From assembly GCA_035470525.1 (NCBI GenBank), contig DATIQT010000118.1, positions 1 through 49,915 on the forward strand: a stretch of DNA of 49,915 nt. The letters run 5' to 3'. Source of the DNA: Rickettsiales bacterium. GTDB lineage: Bacteria; Pseudomonadota; Alphaproteobacteria; Rickettsiales; UBA1997. Shown here piece by piece: positions 45,356 through 49,915 of the stretch (position 1 is its first letter; each line of letters starts with the position of its first letter). The position numbers and the translations under genes were made by a program. The notes under the pieces are model-generated. The model did not search any database, was not told the DNA's origin, and saw nothing but the letters and a program-made list of their open reading frames with translations.

Positions 45356-47347
45356 TTAATTCATTCCAAAAAGTTTTTTAAACCAATTATTTTTCTTTTG
45401 ATTGCAATTATTGTTGTTATTGTTATTAATTTTGTATTTGTTAAATTGTTTTTTGTTGTTTACTCTTCTTAGATTGTTTTTATTATTGTTTCCATAACTT
45501 TCATTATCAAACTTGTATTTTTTGATTTCGTTATTGCTTACGGAATATAAATTGTCATCATTGAAATTGGAATTAACTTTGCCTGTTTTTTCTTGAGGGT
45601 CTAATTCTTTTTTCTCGTCTGGAGTTAAACCTTTTCTTTTCTTTAGATTGTAATTATTGTCTTCCATTGTTGAATTTTCTTCAACAAATATATAAACATT
45701 GTAATCTTTTTCTATCTGATAAATGGTTTTTCTTTTGAAATTTAATAAGTAATTTGCTAATTCAGAGGTTGTTTCAACGGTTATGATATTTATTTGTTTG
45801 TCTAATGTAGCATATTTGATGGCTCTTAAAATACTCATAGCTATAATTTCTTTGGCTTTGATTTTGCCTTTTCCTTTGCATCTAGGGCAAACTTCACTGG
45901 TTCTTTCCATGAAGCTAGCACCGAGTCTTTGTCTTGATAATTCCATTAAACCGAAAGCACTTAATCTAGCAATTTGTATTCTTGCTTTGTCGCTCATCAT
46001 TGCATCTCTCATGGCTTTTTCAACAAGCCTTCTATTTTTTATTTCAAACATGTCAATGAAGTCAATAACTACAAGTCCGGCTAAGTCTCTTAATTTTAAT
46101 TGTTTTGCAATTTCTTTTGCCGCTTCAATGTTTGTCGCAGTAGCCATTTCTTCAACACCCTTCTCTTTTATGGCTTTTGCGGAGTTTACATCTATGGCAA
46201 CTAAGGCTTCGGTTTGATCTATAACAATAGAACCACCGGATGGTAAATTTACTTTGTTATTATATAATTCTAATAATTGATTTTCAACACTATATCTTTG
46301 AAATAATGGGGTTTTATCATTGTGTAATCTGATGTTTGGATTTTTGTCTGTTTCAATTATTTTTAATAAACCTTTAACTAATTTATATACTTCTTCACCT
46401 TCAACAATAATTTCGTCAACATCATCGGTGTATAAATCTCTTATGGTTCTTTTGATAATATCGTCTTCCGCATGTATGAAAGTAAAGGCTTTTGATTCTA
46501 GTGCTGTATCTTTAATTGCGTTCCATAATCTTAATAAGTATAAATAATCTTTTAAAATTTCTTCTGGCTTCTTTCCAACACCAGCTGTTCTTAAAATAAT
46601 GGACTTATCGGAAGAAACGTTTAAACTTCTTAAAATACTTTTTAGTATTTTCCTATCGTTTATATTTGTAACTTTTTTAGAAACACCGCCTCTTTCTGGG
46701 CTGTTGACCATTAAAACACAATATTTTCCAGCAATTGAAATATATGTGGTCATTGCTACACCTTTATTTCCTCTTTCTTCTTTTAAAACTTGAACTAAAA
46801 CAAATTGTCCTTCCTTGATAACATCTTCAATTTTGTATTGAGAATAATCATGATAACCAACACCACCTTCTGTTTCTTCATCAACTGGATAATTTGATAT
46901 TTCCATATTATTGTTTTCGTCTTCAGTTGAAAAAGTTGATACTTCTTCAATGCTGTTTTCTGGTTTTTCGGAAATGTTATTTTGATTGTCTGTCTGTGTT
47001 TCGTTTTCCTGTAAATTTTCTATAATATTTTCTTTAATTGGATTATTAACTTCATTATTTTGGAAAAATTTAACTTTTTTTAAATCTTTAATTTCCTCTT
47101 TTGGAATATTATAATAATCTGGATGAATATCAGAAAATGGTAAAAAACCATGTTTATCACCACCGTATTCAATAAAAGCTGCCTGTAATGATGGTTCAAT
47201 TCTAGTAATTTTAGCTAAATAAATATTACCTTTTAATTGTTTAAAATTAAAATCTTCTCTATCATAATCTTCTAAAACACCATCTGATAATAGTGCAACT
47301 CTTGTTTCTTCCTTAAATGCCCCATCTATTAAAATCTTCTTATTCAT
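45356..47347 (-). CDS. rne: Ribonuclease E/G family endoribonuclease (Rne-like)
   Basis: 663 aa. S1 region NIYLAKITRIEPSLQAAFIEYG. DNase I-like core ...IDQTEALVAIDVNS. Zn-link CPRCKGKGKI. An acidic/Asn-rich insertion after the first S1 strands. Asn-rich C-terminal tail. Confidence 0.9.
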   Translation of the reverse strand: MNKKILIDGAFKEETRVALLSDGVLEDYDREDFNFKQLKGNIYLAKITRIEPSLQAAFIEYGGDKHGFLPFSDIHPDYYNIPKEEIKDLKKVKFFQNNEVNNPIKENIIENLQENETQTDNQNNISEKPENSIEEVSTFSTEDENNNMEISNYPVDEETEGGVGYHDYSQYKIEDVIKEGQFVLVQVLKEERGNKGVAMTTYISIAGKYCVLMVNSPERGGVSKKVTNINDRKILKSILRSLNVSSDKSIILRTAGVGKKPEEILKDYLYLLRLWNAIKDTALESKAFTFIHAEDDIIKRTIRDLYTDDVDEIIVEGEEVYKLVKGLLKIIETDKNPNIRLHNDKTPLFQRYSVENQLLELYNNKVNLPSGGSIVIDQTEALVAIDVNSAKAIKEKGVEEMATATNIEAAKEIAKQLKLRDLAGLVVIDFIDMFEIKNRRLVEKAMRDAMMSDKARIQIARLSAFGLMELSRQRLGASFMERTSEVCPRCKGKGKIKAKEIIAMSILRAIKYATLDKQINIITVETTSELANYLLNFKRKTIYQIEKDYNVYIFVEENSTMEDNNYNLKKRKGLTPDEKKELDPQEKTGKVNSNFNDDNLYSVSNNEIKKYKFDNESYGNNNKNNLRRVNNKKQFNKYKINNNNNNNCNQKKNNWFKKLFGMN

Positions 47348-47640
47348 ATTCTCTCATCTTCTTTTAAAACATTGCATAATGCGATATTTGGCAAAAGCTA
47401 TTATAAACAATAATACAACAAATTCTCTACAAACCATACCAAAACTGCTTACTTGCAATGCAAATTAATAAATATATAAATGCCTTATAAAATATTGCAA
47501 ATAAATAACATATATAAAAATATGTTGTTCATAGACTAGATTAAAATATTAAAAAAACAACAAGAAATATAAAATTTTAAAAAAAACTTTATTTTTATTA
47601 TTTTTACTATAGTTTTATATTATGGAAATTTTTTGTAGCT

Positions 47641-48981
47641 ATGTTAAATAAAAAACTTTTTCTAATTATTTATATTTTTGTTTCAAGTTTCAGTCAAGTT
47701 TTTGGAGCTGATGAGGGTTATTTTGATGTACAAAATGGTTCAGAATATTTAGGTTTTGCAAATATGAATAAAGAATTTAATATAAATTCTTTAATGAATA
47801 GTGCAATGGTTAATGATTATAAAGCAACTAAAATATTTATTGCTTCGGGTGCTGATGTTAATGAAGTTAATATAGCTAATGTTTCAGCATTACACTTAGC
47901 CGCTAGAAATTATGCTTACGAGTCAGCAAAAGTCTTGATAGAGAATGATGCAAAAGTTAATGCAATAGATTTAGAAGGTTGGACACCTTTAATGAGAGCT
48001 AGTTTAAATGGTGATAAAAAAATAATGGAATTATTAATATCTAATGGAGCAAATATTTGGGCTCAAAATAAATTTGGTGATACAGCTTTAGTTCATACAG
48101 CAATGGCAGATTGTTATGAATGTGGAAAATTAATAATGGAGCAAAAAAATGAACAAACAACTTTAGTCAAAATCCAAGCTAGAAAGTCTTTAAATATTGC
48201 TAAAAAGAAATATAATAAAGAATTTATTGATTTGTTAACAAAATATTTATCTGATGGTACAACATTAACAATATCAACATTGGAGGAAAGTGATGATATA
48301 AATAAAATTAAAAATATTGAAAATACAGATATAGTTACAGAAGAAAATATTACAAAAATAATATATAAATTCTTAGGTAAAAGTATTACAGCATCTGAAT
48401 TAGAAGAAATTAATAGAAGTATGAAAATTAACAAAGGACAAGAAAAGAAAAAAGAAATAAAAATAGACAAGAAATCGTCTAATATTGTTTCAGATAAAAA
48501 TGAGATAAATGTTAATGAAGTAAAAAATACTATTGTTAAAGAAGAAGATAAAGGTGAAAATCAAAAAGATAGAAAAGTAGTTCCTGTTATTTTAGAAAAA
48601 AACAACAATGTTGAAAAAGAAAATTCTGTAAAAAAACAAATAGAAACAGTTAAGGTTGAAGAAAAAACTGAAAAGAAATTTGTTTTGCAAAAAGGAAAAA
48701 CTCCTATAGTTATTGAAAAAGTAGAAAGTACTGAAACAACAAAAGAAGAAACAGAAACAAAACCAGATAAGAAAAAGATGAAATTGCAAACAATAGAAAA
48801 TAAAACTACAGAAGTTATAGATAAAAATTCAAGCAAGACAGCACTTGAAGAACAAATGATTGAAAAAAGCCAAAATATAAAACCAGTAGCAAAACCTATT
48901 GTTGAAGAAAAAATAGAGGAAGAAACTCCTACTTTAATATATAATCTTAAAAGTGATGAAAATATTTTAAATAAAAAATAG
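47641..48981 (+). CDS. Secreted ankyrin-repeat protein with a long Lys/Glu-rich C-terminal region
   Basis: Signal-like segment LFLIIYIFVSSFSQVFGA. At least three ANK repeats (..SALHLAARN......VLIENDAKVNA.D.EGWTPLMRASLNGD..IMELLISNGANI.A.N..GDTALVH). The C-terminal ~220 aa are low-complexity K/E/T-rich. Confidence 0.8.
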   Translation: MLNKKLFLIIYIFVSSFSQVFGADEGYFDVQNGSEYLGFANMNKEFNINSLMNSAMVNDYKATKIFIASGADVNEVNIANVSALHLAARNYAYESAKVLIENDAKVNAIDLEGWTPLMRASLNGDKKIMELLISNGANIWAQNKFGDTALVHTAMADCYECGKLIMEQKNEQTTLVKIQARKSLNIAKKKYNKEFIDLLTKYLSDGTTLTISTLEESDDINKIKNIENTDIVTEENITKIIYKFLGKSITASELEEINRSMKINKGQEKKKEIKIDKKSSNIVSDKNEINVNEVKNTIVKEEDKGENQKDRKVVPVILEKNNNVEKENSVKKQIETVKVEEKTEKKFVLQKGKTPIVIEKVESTETTKEETETKPDKKKMKLQTIENKTTEVIDKNSSKTALEEQMIEKSQNIKPVAKPIVEEKIEEETPTLIYNLKSDENILNKK

Positions 48982-49056
48982 ATCTTCTAAAAAACAATGT
49001 GAGATAAGTATATTTAATATGATTTTTAAAAAAGAAAATATTTATATCGAGGATTT

Positions 49057-49767
49057 ATGTTAAGAATATTCCTTAAAGAAGATTTAGAAATTAATAAAGA
49101 AATTAAAATAACCGATAAATTACATCATTATATTGTTAATGTAATGAGATGCAAAATTAATGATAAAATATCTATTGTTAATGGGAAAGATGGAGAATTT
49201 TCAGCACAAATTATTTTCATAAATAATAAATACTGTATTTTAAGAATAGAAAAAAAGACTAAAGATTATATTAAAGAAAATTTTTTAGGACTTATTTTTG
49301 CTCCAATTCAAAAAATAGATTTAGTATTAAAAAGTGCAACGGAATTAGGAACTACAGATTTTTTTCCAATAAACACTGATTTTACAAATAAAAATATATT
49401 AAAAATAAATAAATTTGAAGGAAATATTATTGAAGCTATAGAACAAAGTGAAAGATTGGATTTTCCAAATATTCATAAAATTTGTTCTTTAATAGAAATA
49501 TTGGAAAAACTAAAAAATGAAGATTCATTAATATTTTTCTGTGAAGAAAGAACAGGACAAAATTCAATAAAAGAAATTTTAACAAATATTAATATTTCTA
49601 ATAAAAAAATATACACATTAATTGGTCCAGAAGGTGGTTTCTCAAATAAAGAAAAAGAATTAATTAATTCATATAAAAATATTATTTCTGTTAGTTTAGG
49701 AGACACAATACTTAGAACGGAAACAGCAACTATTGCTATTATAAGTATTTTAAAAAATTTTTTTTAG
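49057..49767 (+). CDS. rsmE: 16S rRNA (uracil1498-N3)-methyltransferase RsmE
   Basis: 236 aa. The motifs ...HH...V.R........V.NG and C-terminal LIGPEGGFS..E......LG..ILR.ETA are typical of RsmE. Confidence 0.85.
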   Translation: MLRIFLKEDLEINKEIKITDKLHHYIVNVMRCKINDKISIVNGKDGEFSAQIIFINNKYCILRIEKKTKDYIKENFLGLIFAPIQKIDLVLKSATELGTTDFFPINTDFTNKNILKINKFEGNIIEAIEQSERLDFPNIHKICSLIEILEKLKNEDSLIFFCEERTGQNSIKEILTNINISNKKIYTLIGPEGGFSNKEKELINSYKNIISVSLGDTILRTETATIAIISILKNFF

Positions 49768-49776
49768 AAAAAATAA

Positions 49777-49915
49777 TATAGTCAAACAACTTTCACTTAA
49801 CCACTAAATAAACCGCTTTTGCAAAAATATACAAGGAGATTTAAAATTTTATTGCGATAGCGTATAACTTAATACGGTGAGACAATAAAATTTTAGAGCG
49901 ACGAAGGGTGATTAA
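49777..49915. repeat. Second (truncated by window end) copy of the hairpin-plus-core module seen at 14014-14153
   Basis: The outer left arm tatagtcaaacaactttcacttaaccac is identical. The inner arm differs (taaataaaccgcttttg versus caactaaacctaacttttg). The ~90-nt core differs by one extra A and one A-to-C change. Confidence 0.85.

Noticed and set aside
47348-47640. A distinct ncRNA in the rne/ANK divergent spacer.
   Set aside because: Only short AT-rich stems such as ttgcaat/attgcaa were found. The region is adequately explained as two divergent promoters plus an rne leader.
1-49915. CRISPR arrays, transposases/IS elements, integrases, prophage genes, toxin-antitoxin pairs and rRNA genes.
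   Set aside because: No regularly spaced direct repeats were seen. No ORF has transposase, integrase or phage motifs. The only tandem repeat is the 4 x 9-nt coding repeat at 10581-10616. The dispersed repeats are non-coding.

Overview
The window is a visibly AT-rich, gene-dense bacterial chromosome segment under the standard genetic code (TGA is used as a stop). Gene content suggests a reduced, host-associated alphaproteobacterium of the Rickettsiales/Holosporales type. The pointers are an AddA-type helicase-nuclease, a Cys-less alpha-type L31, DUF2628 and IalB-like proteins, RNase E with an insertion in the S1 region, a GC-rich palindromic element of the IPAFAGMT/VIPAKAGI type, an ankyrin-repeat protein and several orphan effector-like ORFs. 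This taxonomic call is inference only.

Most of the window is housekeeping: addA, rpmE, coaE, tilS, lptD, dnaX, tRNA-Leu(GAG), rlmH, pip, prfA, htpG, nlpD, a rumA-like gene, dnaA, grpE, pflA, a HIT gene, truB, yajQ, dnaE, rne and rsmE.

The parts that do not look ordinary are:
1. A modular family of non-coding inverted-repeat elements at five loci. All lie just 3' of genes and no transposase is present. One element has a 47-bp-stem hairpin around a roughly 95-nt core. That core recurs almost unchanged at the window end, but with a different inner stem.
2. An OMF-RND efflux pair with no adaptor gene, bracketed by inverted copies of the same repeat module.
3. Two overlapping genes downstream of dnaA that encode three GH130 (beta-mannoside phosphorylase/hydrolase family) modules.
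4. A Dcm/EcoRII-like m5C methyltransferase plus a putative endonuclease, wedged against dnaE and start/stop-overlapped with it.
5. An orphan pflA.
6. Candidate secreted or effector-like proteins: an EF-hand protein, an orphan with two hydrophobic segments and a coiled coil, a lipase-LysM fusion and an ANK protein.

I found no CRISPR array, transposase, prophage or rRNA. Nothing here can be proven to be a new multi-gene system from sequence alone, and the candidates are ranked in the findings.
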